A DNA stretch of 62,204 nt, filler included. It is 6 parts of 6 records of this genome, joined end to end, with 100 filler letters (N's around TTAATTAATTAA, not from the genome) between each part and the next. Parts side by side here need not be neighbours in the genome. Positions count along the whole stretch, not along the records: positions 39,655 to 45,496 come from SRR20825010_1954; positions 45,597 to 50,024 come from SRR20825010_1962; 4 more parts are not named here. One strand, given 5' to 3'. The position numbers and the translations under genes were made by a program. The notes below the pieces were generated by a model. It made no database searches. It was not told the origin of the DNA and saw nothing but the letters and a program-made list of their open reading frames with translations. Positions 39,684 through 48,672 of the stretch are shown here, one piece after another; within the stretch, counting starts at the first letter, position 1, and every line of letters starts with the position of its first letter.

Positions 39684-40022
39684 TAAGTCGCGATCAAGAG
39701 ACTGTTTTAACTCACTAAAATCTATTGTCTGAAAATCCAATCCCCCAAGGCATCCCCCACCTGAACAGGGATTGCGTCGGACTTCCTCGGACCAAGGGCT
39801 TTTTATCCATCTCGGGGCCGCTGTGTTAACATGCGTGATCTTTCGAGAGATGCGGATGTCGGGCGCGGATCATGGCACAGGACTGATCCCTTGGCTTGTT
39901 CGCTGTGACTACAAAACGTCGATACTGGCCTTTCCTTGGGTGGAAACGGTCCGCAGTGACCAGGAGTTTCCCCTTGGCTGGACCAAGGGTGCAAACCGCG
40001 CCCCAGCCCAAAGGCAGACCCT

Positions 40023-40069
40023 TGGGTCCGGACCCACAGGCACCAGGTGTTGCCAAGTGTTGGCAACAC
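40023..40069. repeat. Perfect palindrome and inverted repeat
   Basis: TGGGTCCGGACCCA (40023-40036) and GTGTTGCCAA-gtg-TTGGCAACAC (40047-40069). Confidence 0.75.
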
Positions 40070-40120
40070 TACTGCTTTCCATGCTTTAGAAGTTCAGGAC
40101 GATTCGGACATTGACGGCGG

Positions 40121-40163
40121 AGAGCTGCCCTTCGCTGCGATCTGTGCAGAGGTTTGCTGAGCG
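40121..40163 (+). repeat. Degenerate ~40-bp repeat, copy 1
   Basis: AGAGCTGCCCTTCGCTGC...; 25/43 ungapped identity to 45416-45458 by hand count. Confidence 0.45.
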
Positions 40164-40347
40164 GACAAAGCGCCTTTCCAGTCATTCGTTTTTCCCACTT
40201 CGCTGACACAGCATTTTCTCGCGCGTGCGGCACGCTTGCCGCCGCTATGCAGACGTGTCACCAAAGCGGCCGTTCAATCTAGATTTTACAAGTCAAATCC
40301 AGACTGTACTTTAGCTGAGCGATGCTGGAACCAACGAGACGCGGGAC

Positions 40348-40386
40348 AAAGCTGCCGTTGGCGGCGGGTGATCCAATGGCTGCTTT
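40348..40386 (+). repeat. Degenerate ~40-bp hairpin repeat, copy 2
   Basis: AAAGCTGCCGTTGG-N11-CCAATGGCTGCTTT (12/14 stem). Confidence 0.55.
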
Positions 40387-40501
40387 TGGTTTGCACAGCT
40401 TGGATCGAGGAGGCGCCTCGCCTCCAGAACTGCTGCTAACCAGCGTATTGTCACGTTTGAGGGATACGAACTCCGGGCAGGGCGCGGCTATTTTGAGGAT
40501 C

Positions 40502-40783
40502 CTAAAAGTCGGCCAACTCGGGGACATTACCTAGCCTAACAAGAAAGCTCGGGTCGCCGACTTCGCCACTGGTTGGATCTTCGGTGACCATGTAGGCGTC
40601 GGCGCCTGTGCAATCCTCGGATAGTGCCTCTCGTTCGGCTCTGCTTGTTGCTTCCGACGCTGTGGAATATTCAAATTGCTTGGCAATCTTCAGGCCTGTC
40701 TGCCCAGTGCGTCCAGCCTTGGTTACAACATAAGTCTGGCAGATATAGTGGATCTTTTCTGGGGAACGGTTTGCGTCTGTCAT
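40502..40783 (-). CDS. Small hypothetical protein
   Basis: 93 aa; AAGGA RBS; C-terminal DP.SGE..DP..L...G.VPE pattern. Confidence 0.7.
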   Translation of the reverse strand: MTDANRSPEKIHYICQTYVVTKAGRTGQTGLKIAKQFEYSTASEATSRAEREALSEDCTGADAYMVTEDPTSGEVGDPSFLVRLGNVPELADF

Positions 40784-40908
40784 GGATGGATCCTTGTGAT
40801 CGGCTGCGTCGATTGGAAGTTCTGGGAACAGCCCTGGCCGATTCCAGCAGGATTGAAGTGCCTGTTTCCCAGCGGAGCACTAACGCACACAAAACGGCCG
40901 AAGTTCAA

Positions 40909-41145
40909 CTACTGCGTTGAAGCGGCCTTCGTGCGGCGCGCTTTGGACGCTTCTGAAGCTTTGGTTACAGGTGGCTTGTTCGCTTCTCTTTCAAGGCGGG
41001 CGTTGCGCAGTCGGGAATTCCTGGCGTTACGTTGTTCCGTTTCTTCGTCGACCATTTGCCTGACAACACGCGTCGTCTTTTCCATCGGGGTTTCGGGTTT
41101 GGAGTCATACACTTTGAACAGAGTGTTTTTTGTGAGTTTCGTCAT
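40909..41145 (-). CDS. Small basic hypothetical protein
   Basis: 78 aa; AAGGA RBS; ET.MEKTTR.VR.M.DEE...R.A...RLR.ARL..EA helix. Confidence 0.72.
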   Translation of the reverse strand: MTKLTKNTLFKVYDSKPETPMEKTTRVVRQMVDEETEQRNARNSRLRNARLEREANKPPVTKASEASKARRTKAASTQ

Positions 41146-41194
41146 TTTTCAAATTCCTTTGTGGTTTAGCGTCGTCTGGACCAAGCAAGGTCTT

Positions 41195-42316
41195 TCAAAC
41201 TCGCGCGAAGTGACCGACCTTGCCTTGAGTGTGCCGTGTTGGTCGTGTGGACGAATTGCCCATGAGTTCTACTTTGATGTCCGGCGCGGCCATGGCATGC
41301 ATCAACGCACTGTAATTCATCTGGAACCTCACTTCGGAACCCAGCTTTGGCAGGGTTCGGGGCGAACCAATGACAAGATGATCGCTGGTTGCACCGATCA
41401 ATGTGCAACCTACAGGCATTGAAAGCCCCGGGATGTCGGTGTCCTGTTGTCCCATCGCGAGGATCATGCGCGCAGAGGCCGCACTGGTTGTCACAATGCG
41501 AAGTCGTTCTGTAGTTGGATCGATCAGGGCGATAGGGGAAGGCGGGGGTTTTGCATCCGTTTCGATAACTTCGGCAACAAGAGTGAAGGCGTCCGTGTGC
41601 ATCCCCCCGATCTGGTTCCCAGACACTGGCTCAACACCCAGAAGGATCGCCTCACCCAGACGGAGGTCGTTGACACGACCCGTCGCGCGTTCACCAAGCG
41701 CCCAGGGTAAGTTGGCTGAGTTGCCACCAGACACGATCTTGAGGATTGGGCCGCATATACTCTCGATCTCATTCGCGAGGTCGCAAAAAGCGGCCATTTG
41801 CAAAGCAGTCGGGCTAAGCCCGCTCAGACAGGCAAAGTTCGCGCCTATCCCTTTCAACGCAACCCCAGCCAATTGCATGACTTGCTTCGCAATATCTGGC
41901 AGGTTCTCGGGTGATATCCCGTCGCGAAGGTCACCCATTTCGACCATTAGGACAACACCGTGGACGGAACCATTGCGGATCGCGGCGGCAGCCAACGCCG
42001 AAATGACCAAGATCTCCGTGTTATAGCTCACATCACAGGACTGAACGACTTGATCGGCCTGGCTTAACATCGGCGAACGGATCAGAGTGATGGGGCCTGT
42101 CATGCCTGCCGCACGCAACCTTTGCACATTTCTGATCCGCGCATCGGCAAGCCCCACAGCCCCGCCATCAAGCATGGCTTGAGCGATCGCAGGATGCCGA
42201 CAGACAGCCTTGGTCACTCCAGTGACGCCGATCCTACGAGGGCCCAAGCGCTCAACAAGGGTCTGCGTGTTGCGACGTATCTTGCTGAGATCCACCTCGA
42301 TGCGCGGGCAGCTCAT
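41195..42316 (-). CDS. Alanine/ornithine racemase-family PLP enzyme (fold type III)
   Basis: GVTK PLP lysine, LADARI.N, MVEMGDLRDG, SGGNS, LRLGEAILLG and GATSDH. Confidence 0.88.
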   Translation of the reverse strand: MSCPRIEVDLSKIRRNTQTLVERLGPRRIGVTGVTKAVCRHPAIAQAMLDGGAVGLADARIRNVQRLRAAGMTGPITLIRSPMLSQADQVVQSCDVSYNTEILVISALAAAAIRNGSVHGVVLMVEMGDLRDGISPENLPDIAKQVMQLAGVALKGIGANFACLSGLSPTALQMAAFCDLANEIESICGPILKIVSGGNSANLPWALGERATGRVNDLRLGEAILLGVEPVSGNQIGGMHTDAFTLVAEVIETDAKPPPSPIALIDPTTERLRIVTTSAASARMILAMGQQDTDIPGLSMPVGCTLIGATSDHLVIGSPRTLPKLGSEVRFQMNYSALMHAMAAPDIKVELMGNSSTRPTRHTQGKVGHFARV

Positions 42317-43512
42317 ATTGCGGCCATAGACGGCCTTTGTGTCAAGCCAGGGAATGCGGCGACGACCATCGCAAGTAAATGTGCAGTCGGTCGGACCAAT
42401 GCATCTGTTACCGGCAGCCCAAGTTGCTGTGATTGCGCCGCGATGGTGTCGGTGATTTCGGTCTCAGACATCCCCTCGTGATTGAGCGTGATACCTATGA
42501 CCTTTGTATCGGCAAAGGCTTCGATTAGTTCAATTTCACTTGTTACAGATGGCATTAGCATATTGGGAAAGTCACAGCGATGGACACGTTTCGGCGCGTG
42601 CTGAAGGATGACGGCATCTGGCTGACTCCCCCGCAAGATAAAGGCAGATGTACAAAACGCGGGATGGCTCAATGCACCCTGGCCTTCGATCAAAATAACA
42701 TCGGGTTGTTCCGCTTCAGAAGCCGCTACAATCGCGCCTTCAAGTTCACCGCAGCAGAATTGAGGCGGTACGGCATCCATAGCAATACCGTATTTTGCGC
42801 CCTGCATCAGGCCGGTCTGGCCTGTGCCGACAAGCACTGTCTTAATGCCCTTCGCATTCAGAGCCCGCGCCAAAACGGTTGCCGTTGTTCGCTTGCCGAT
42901 CGCGCAATCAGTACCAAGAACGGCAATCCGCAGCGCTTTTACACCAGCGACACTGCCATCGAACAGGCGCATATCCTTGCTGGGTTTCGGCTTGCGGATG
43001 TCGCGGATCGTGACATTTCGCACCAAAGCAGCATTGGCTATTTCGCTGTCATCGCTCAGATATTCATGCAGCCCGCTTACGATGTTCATGCCAAGCTTGA
43101 TCGCTTGCAGAACTACGCCTCGGTCTGCGGTCGAAAGACGCCCCGTTGACGGAGCCATCCCATAGATGAGCGTATCGGGAATGACGGCTTCAAGGGCAAC
43201 GGCTGCCTCCAGATGTTCAACGATCGGAATGTGGTTGATTGTGTCGTCAAGAACGGTTCCGCTGTCTTGTCCGCTATAGGTGCTGTCGATGACAGAAAGG
43301 ATGCGATACGCTTGTGAATGGCGGACAAGGCCGTTCGCAGTCTTGCCATCAATTTGCGCGAAATTTCCCTCACAGTAGACGACTGCCGTCGGTGAGCCTG
43401 TGACCTGCTTGCCTGACGTCAAACTTGCGGGTTTGATCTGTGTTATTGGTGGCGCTTGCGGCCCCCTGATGGGGCGGCGGATGGTATCGACTGTGTCAGA
43501 TTTGGTTTCCAT
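42313..43512 (-). CDS. DUF1611 / DgcN-like protein
   Basis: GKTA.GL.R, SGLHE.L, GTDCAIGKRTT, TGQTG and EGQGAL.HP; ATGA-coupled to the racemase. Confidence 0.88.
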   Translation of the reverse strand: METKSDTVDTIRRPIRGPQAPPITQIKPASLTSGKQVTGSPTAVVYCEGNFAQIDGKTANGLVRHSQAYRILSVIDSTYSGQDSGTVLDDTINHIPIVEHLEAAVALEAVIPDTLIYGMAPSTGRLSTADRGVVLQAIKLGMNIVSGLHEYLSDDSEIANAALVRNVTIRDIRKPKPSKDMRLFDGSVAGVKALRIAVLGTDCAIGKRTTATVLARALNAKGIKTVLVGTGQTGLMQGAKYGIAMDAVPPQFCCGELEGAIVAASEAEQPDVILIEGQGALSHPAFCTSAFILRGSQPDAVILQHAPKRVHRCDFPNMLMPSVTSEIELIEAFADTKVIGITLNHEGMSETEITDTIAAQSQQLGLPVTDALVRPTAHLLAMVVAAFPGLTQRPSMAAI

Positions 43513-43596
43513 TTGATTTCCCTTGATACGATGGCGCGGAGGACAGAAACGTCCTCACCTGCGCATGTTGAAGCGGGTAGGTGCCGTGGCTCGCGT

Positions 43597-44436
43597 CTAG
43601 TTGCTCAGCACGCACTGCCCTTTGGATTTTTGATAATTCCTGTCGCATTCCCAGCGGTTGCCCAATCTGTCCAGATGCGCGTTTTCAGGAACAACAGTCA
43701 GCTCACATGTCTCGCCAGAGGCGGCATATCCACGATCACACTTCCACCTAGAGCCATAGGTTGCGTCGTCAAAATATGCATTTTCGGGGATCACGACGGC
43801 TTCGCACAGACCAGTCTTCTCAATAAAGCCGCGCTCACATGTCCAGGGCTGACCGTATTCTGATCCGTTCAGAAAGGCGTTGGCCGGAACCACAATGGCA
43901 GTACACTGGTCGCCAGTCAGTTCGAACCCGCGTTCGCACGTCCAGTTGGAGCCATCTGAGGTATCTGCCAAGTACGCATTCGCTGGCAGCACGATCTCCT
44001 GACATGCACCATCAACCTTGGTGTAGCCCCGCAAACAACGCCACCGTTCGCCCGACGGGTCCAAAAATCCACCCTCGGGCACGTCGACCGCAACACATTC
44101 AGCGTCATCGGTTTTGCGAAACCCATGCAGACATTCCCATCCGGGACCGTAGGACCGGTTCGTGGCATATGCGTTTTGCGGCACGACCACAGCGTCGCAG
44201 GCATTTTCGTTCAGCCGGAAGCCAACGTTGCACTCCCATCCATCACCGTACCTTTTGGCACTGGCGTTCTCAGGAATTGGATGTGTGTCGGTTTGGGCAA
44301 AGGCAGGTAGTGCAAAAAGCATGACCGCGAAAATTGAACCGACAAATAAGGCCATGACTGATGGTGTTTGCCTAGGGACGAAGGCAGCGATTGAATGTGG
44401 ACCGCGAGGCTTTGTGAGTTGTGATTTACGATCCAT
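43597..44436 (-). CDS. Secreted Cys-rich repeat protein (7 repeats of about 30-33 aa)
   Basis: Signal peptide ending AFA-Q; P.NA......W.C..G[FY].....C repeated seven times; true start may be an internal ATG. Confidence 0.8.
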   Translation of the reverse strand: MDRKSQLTKPRGPHSIAAFVPRQTPSVMALFVGSIFAVMLFALPAFAQTDTHPIPENASAKRYGDGWECNVGFRLNENACDAVVVPQNAYATNRSYGPGWECLHGFRKTDDAECVAVDVPEGGFLDPSGERWRCLRGYTKVDGACQEIVLPANAYLADTSDGSNWTCERGFELTGDQCTAIVVPANAFLNGSEYGQPWTCERGFIEKTGLCEAVVIPENAYFDDATYGSRWKCDRGYAASGETCELTVVPENAHLDRLGNRWECDRNYQKSKGQCVLSN

Positions 44437-44785
44437 CTAACGCAAGCTTCGCAAGACATGCGTTGGCCAGATCACGGTTCGGGGCTTCAGTGCCCGGCAA
44501 CGTGGCCCATCCTGTTTCCATCATCGCATTGCGTCGCTGAAAGCTTGAAGCTTCCCGTAGTGTCACTAGTTTTGCGGTGCGTTCTGCATCAGCTTCTGAA
44601 AGATCCAAACAAACCGGCACCATCGCCAGAGTGACTTGCTCTGCGGCAAAGCTATCAGCCATTTCCTCCGCGCTACCTGCAGTCGTCCAGCCGCCCCATG
44701 TGAAGCCAAGAATAGAGACAGCTACTGCCCCAACCAAGGCACCGTAAACACCGGGTTTCGTCCATTCGGGAAATTTCATTTTCAA
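44426..44785 (-). CDS. Membrane-anchored hypothetical protein
   Basis: GA..GAVA..I.GF.WGGW.T, P.C and GWAT.PG......LA.AC; overlaps both neighbours. Confidence 0.78.
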   Translation of the reverse strand: MKMKFPEWTKPGVYGALVGAVAVSILGFTWGGWTTAGSAEEMADSFAAEQVTLAMVPVCLDLSEADAERTAKLVTLREASSFQRRNAMMETGWATLPGTEAPNRDLANACLAKLALDGS

Positions 44786-45087
44786 TCCTCTGACGGAGAA
44801 AGCGCCGCCGCACTATTTTTGACTACGTTTGTAGTTGCGTTGGCGTGATCCTGCGCCACTGCCAACTCTAGGTCTCGGTGGTCCACTGCGCGCAGCTCTG
44901 ACTTTCCAGCGGGCCAATTGATCAATAGAAACGTCGCTGTCTGTCGATATACCGCAGAGCTGTGGCTCAGCATGACGTCATCGTCGGCCAACACTCCGCA
45001 GTCGCCCGCGGGCAGTTCGTCCATGTATCTTGCGACCACAAACGGAGGAAGAAATGCCACAACTGACGTGGTCGTGCGCGATGACAT
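44782..45087 (-). CDS. Small hypothetical protein
   Basis: RTT..VV.F..PF......ELPAG...V pattern; GGAAGG RBS; ATGA-coupled to the next gene. Confidence 0.62.
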   Translation of the reverse strand: MSSRTTTSVVAFLPPFVVARYMDELPAGDCGVLADDDVMLSHSSAVYRQTATFLLINWPAGKSELRAVDHRDLELAVAQDHANATTNVVKNSAAALSPSED

Positions 45088-45415
45088 CGGCAACCTTCCC
45101 AAACATCAGAGCCCTGCTACAGGCCGTGACAGCTGAATTTTCATGATGAAGGGTTGTGGTTCGCTCTTGCAGGCTGATGCGCCTACGCCGCAGAGAACCG
45201 CAACTTTCGTAACAACCACTTAGGCTCTCAGCGTCCGACTTACAAGGTTGGTGACTCCGGCTCCCTTTCTCAGACCACCAATACCCCAAGAGAGGTTAAG
45301 GAAGGCAGACCTTCAACAGGGGCATCGCTAGAACCTTCCTCAGCAAAGTCATTTTTTGTTCGCTCGCCCAGAAGCCGATTTTTGTCGCGTCACAGAAGTT
45401 TGGGAATTCGGGCTC

Positions 45416-45458
45416 GGAGCCGCCTTTCGCCGCAAAGTGCAGCAAGGTCCGGTCTGGG
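45416..45458 (+). repeat. Degenerate ~40-bp repeat, copy 3
   Basis: GGAGCCGCCTTTCGCCGC...AAGGTCCGGTCTGGG, same orientation as copies 1 and 2. Confidence 0.45.
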
Positions 45459-45496
45459 CCGAGTCTGCTGCTTCATTCTCGATTGACGCCGCCGAA

Positions 45497-45596
45497 NNNN
45501 NNNNNNNNNNNNNNNNNNNNNNNNNNNNNNNNNNNNNNNNTTAATTAATTAANNNNNNNNNNNNNNNNNNNNNNNNNNNNNNNNNNNNNNNNNNNN
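45497..45596. other. Artificial contig spacer
   Basis: N-run / TTAATTAATTAA / N-run. Confidence 0.99.
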
Positions 45597-45968
45597 GGTG
45601 CGGTCGGTCGGCTCTTTCTTCTTGGTGGCGGCAACGGCCGAGCCCGACGCGGTGGCAAGCTCGCCGCCCTCGCTGTCGCTATCCGAATCGTCGTCGACTT
45701 CCTTGTCCTCGCCGGCCTCGTCTTCCTCGACCACATTGATGCCCATGTCGGAGAGCATCGACAGGATGTCCTCGATCTGCTCGGAGGTCACTTCCTCGGA
45801 CGGCAGCACGGCATTGAGCTCGTCCATGGTCACATAACCCCGCTTTTTCGAGGTCTTGATCATTTTCTTGACGGCATCATCCGACAGGTCGAGCAACGGC
45901 CCGTCCGGCCCACCGGCCTCGCGTTCGTTGTCCGTGTCGTCTGCTGCTTCTTTTACCTTGGTTGCCAT
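45597..45968 (-). CDS. rpoD: RNA polymerase sigma factor RpoD, N-terminal part
   Basis: DGPLLDLSDDAVKKMIK..KKRGYVT.DELN.VLPSEEVTSEQIED and EPTDRT; lies downstream of dnaG. Confidence 0.93.
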
Positions 45969-46400
45969 GGGCAGTCACTTTCCCCGGATTTCATTCGGTT
46001 GATATCGTCAGCGCCTGCCGCCAGGCGCATGCCTTCCGCCTCCTCGGACAGACGGCATGTGCGAATCATCCGGATTGTTGTGGCGTACGCATGCTTAATT
46101 CCCTATTAACCATGCCGATCATTCAACTTTGCGGTTGTTGGCTCTGCGGTCATTCGAACCCCGGAAAACGCGGCATCACCGCGAGCCCGAAGAGCCGCAT
46201 GATCCCGCGCGATTTTGATCCAACAGGTGATTCCCACAAAAAACCTATCCGTCAAGGCTTTACGGGCAAAAAGCGCTCGGATCCGGCGATTAGCGCGAAT
46301 TTGCCTGCATTTTTGGTTTCATCGCCAGATCACCCTATTTAGGAGCCCGGTTTGATTCCACAAGTGCGGCGGATCCGAATTGCGCCGGACGGCGTCAGGC

Positions 46401-48413
46401 TCAGCTGCCGCGGCCGCCCTTGATGCGGCCGGAAAGGACGCCGAAACCGTCGATGATGGCTTCCTGGTTTTCAAGCCGCGCCACTTCGAGCTGGACTTCC
46501 TGCAACGCCAGCATCAGTCCCGGGATGGCCTCGCCGTCTCCGGCTTCGGTGGCCTCGGCGATATCGCGCTCGAGCTCGGCCTTCTGCCATTTGAGCGCGC
46601 GGGTGCGCTTGTGCAGCGACAGCGCCTGCTGGTAGCCCTCGCGCGCATCTTCCGCCGCCGCTTCCACGGTGGCCGTCCAGATCCGCGCGTTGCGGATCTG
46701 CGCCTCGAGCCGGGCGATGAAGTCGCCCTGCCCGTCGGCCTCGAGCGCCGCATAGAGCCGCTCGCGGTCAAACCGGCCGCCAACCGATGCGGCATCGAGC
46801 ATCACCTGCCAGACCCGCATCAGGCCCTTGTCGTCGAACTCGAGTGCGGCCAGCTCGTCGAATTCGTCGTGCAGCATCTGCGGGTGATTGGCCACCGTCA
46901 TCACCAGCACGGTCTCCCTGAGCGACGGCATGGCGCCATGGCCCCGCACCAGCCCCGACTGGGTCAGCCGCTCGGAAACGGCCATGGTTCGCAGGGACTG
47001 CGGACCGCCGCCCCGCCCGTCGCCCGGACGACCGCCACGCCCGCCTCCCCGGTCAAAGCCACCCCGACCATAGGATCCGCCGCCGGGCTTGCCCTGGTCG
47101 CGGTTGCCGTAGCGCGGGCCGCCGCCGAAGAACGCCTGCATGCGGTCGCGCATGTCCTGCTGGTAATGCCGCCTGAGGCTTTCATCCGCGATCAGCGACG
47201 TTGTCTGCCTGAGTTTCGCCTCGAGCTCGGCGCGGCTTTCGGGCGTCTCGAACACGCCGCCGCCGGCTTCGCGCGACCACACCACGTCGGCCAACGGACG
47301 CGCCGAGGCGATCACCTGGTCGAACGGCGCCCGCCCGTCATGGCGGACGAGATCGTCGGGATCCTTGCCCGGCGGCAGCACCGCGATCCTGAGCGAGCGC
47401 CCGGGCGCGATATGCGGCAGCGCCAGATCGACAGTGCGGTGGGCGGCGCGCTGGCCGGCCTCGTCGCCGTCGAAGCACAAGACCGGCTGCGGCGTCACCC
47501 GCCAGAGCAGCTTGAGCTGGTTTTCGCCCAGCGCCGTGCCGAGCGGCGCGACCACATTGTCGATGCCGGCCTGCGCCAGCGCAATGACGTCCATGTAACC
47601 CTCGACCACGATCAGCGTGCCGTCCTGACCACAGGCGCGCCGGGCGCGGGCGTAGTTGTAAAGCACGTTGCCCTTGTGGAAGAGCTCGGTCTCGTTGGAA
47701 TTGAGATACTTGGCCGGGGCGCCCGGCGCCAGCGCCCGGCCGCCAAAGGCGATCACCCGCTCGCGCGCCGACAGGATCGGAAACATGATGCGGTCGCGGA
47801 AGCGGTCGTAGGAGACGGCGATCTCGGGACCGTGCACCACCAGGCCGCAGGCCTCGATCTGGTCCTTGTCGACGCCGCGCGAGGCCAGGTGCTCCTTGAG
47901 CGCGCTGCGGCTGTCGGCGCTGTAGCCGAGCCGGAAGGCGGCGATCGTCCGCCCCGACAGCCCGCGGTCGCGCAAATAGGCCCTGGCCTTGGCGCCCTGC
48001 GGGCCCTGCAGCTGGTTCTCGAAGAACGAGGCCGCCATTTCCATGACATCCTCGAGGCTGGCGCGCTGGCGCTCGCGCCGCGCCTCCTGAGGGTCCTGCA
48101 CCGGCATCGGGATGCCGGCCATGTCGGCCACGCGCTGCACCGCTTCGGGAAAATTCAGGCTTTCGAGCTCGGTGAGAAACTTGAAGTGATCCCCCGACAC
48201 GCCGCAGCCGAAGCAATGATAGCGGCCCTTGCGGTCCTCGCAGTGAAACGAGGGCGATTTCTCGCCATGGAACGGGCAGCAGGCCCACCAGTCGCCGCGC
48301 GAGGTGTTGGTTTTCTTCCGGTCCCAGGTCACATGCCGGCCGATCACGTCCGAAATCGGAACGCGTTCGCGGATGTCGTCAAGAAAGGACGGTGAAAACC
48401 GCAAGTTCGGCAC
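46401..48413 (-). CDS. dnaG: DNA primase
   Basis: CPFH.EKSPSF...CFGC Zn finger, RIMFPI, KYLNS, VEGYMD and FDGDEAG; TTG 48404 is an alternative start. Confidence 0.97.
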   Translation of the reverse strand: MPNLRFSPSFLDDIRERVPISDVIGRHVTWDRKKTNTSRGDWWACCPFHGEKSPSFHCEDRKGRYHCFGCGVSGDHFKFLTELESLNFPEAVQRVADMAGIPMPVQDPQEARRERQRASLEDVMEMAASFFENQLQGPQGAKARAYLRDRGLSGRTIAAFRLGYSADSRSALKEHLASRGVDKDQIEACGLVVHGPEIAVSYDRFRDRIMFPILSARERVIAFGGRALAPGAPAKYLNSNETELFHKGNVLYNYARARRACGQDGTLIVVEGYMDVIALAQAGIDNVVAPLGTALGENQLKLLWRVTPQPVLCFDGDEAGQRAAHRTVDLALPHIAPGRSLRIAVLPPGKDPDDLVRHDGRAPFDQVIASARPLADVVWSREAGGGVFETPESRAELEAKLRQTTSLIADESLRRHYQQDMRDRMQAFFGGGPRYGNRDQGKPGGGSYGRGGFDRGGGRGGRPGDGRGGGPQSLRTMAVSERLTQSGLVRGHGAMPSLRETVLVMTVANHPQMLHDEFDELAALEFDDKGLMRVWQVMLDAASVGGRFDRERLYAALEADGQGDFIARLEAQIRNARIWTATVEAAAEDAREGYQQALSLHKRTRALKWQKAELERDIAEATEAGDGEAIPGLMLALQEVQLEVARLENQEAIIDGFGVLSGRIKGGRGS

Positions 48414-48672
48414 GCCTCCGGGCGCTGGGCAGCAACGGGTTGAAGATCACGTCTATATAGGCATGGCGACAGGCGCTGGCAAAGACCTTGGCGCCTCACT
48501 CCCCGTTATGCACACCGGCCGGGCCGCCGACGATCCATTGTCGGCATTTGCCGGCAAAAAATCACCGATCCCTAAAAATTTACGCATATTAGAAAAAACC
48601 AATAAATCATTTGCCCTTACAAATTGCCCGAAGCAATGGAAACGTAAACCGCGGTCATGATGCCGCCGGCCA

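Noticed and set aside
39772..40534. Several short overlapping ORFs downstream of the tRNA fragment
   Set aside because: No RBS or motif support; the region is better explained as repeats and palindromes
46380..48395. 671-aa ORF on the + strand
   Set aside because: Antisense shadow of dnaG in GC-rich DNA; no motifs
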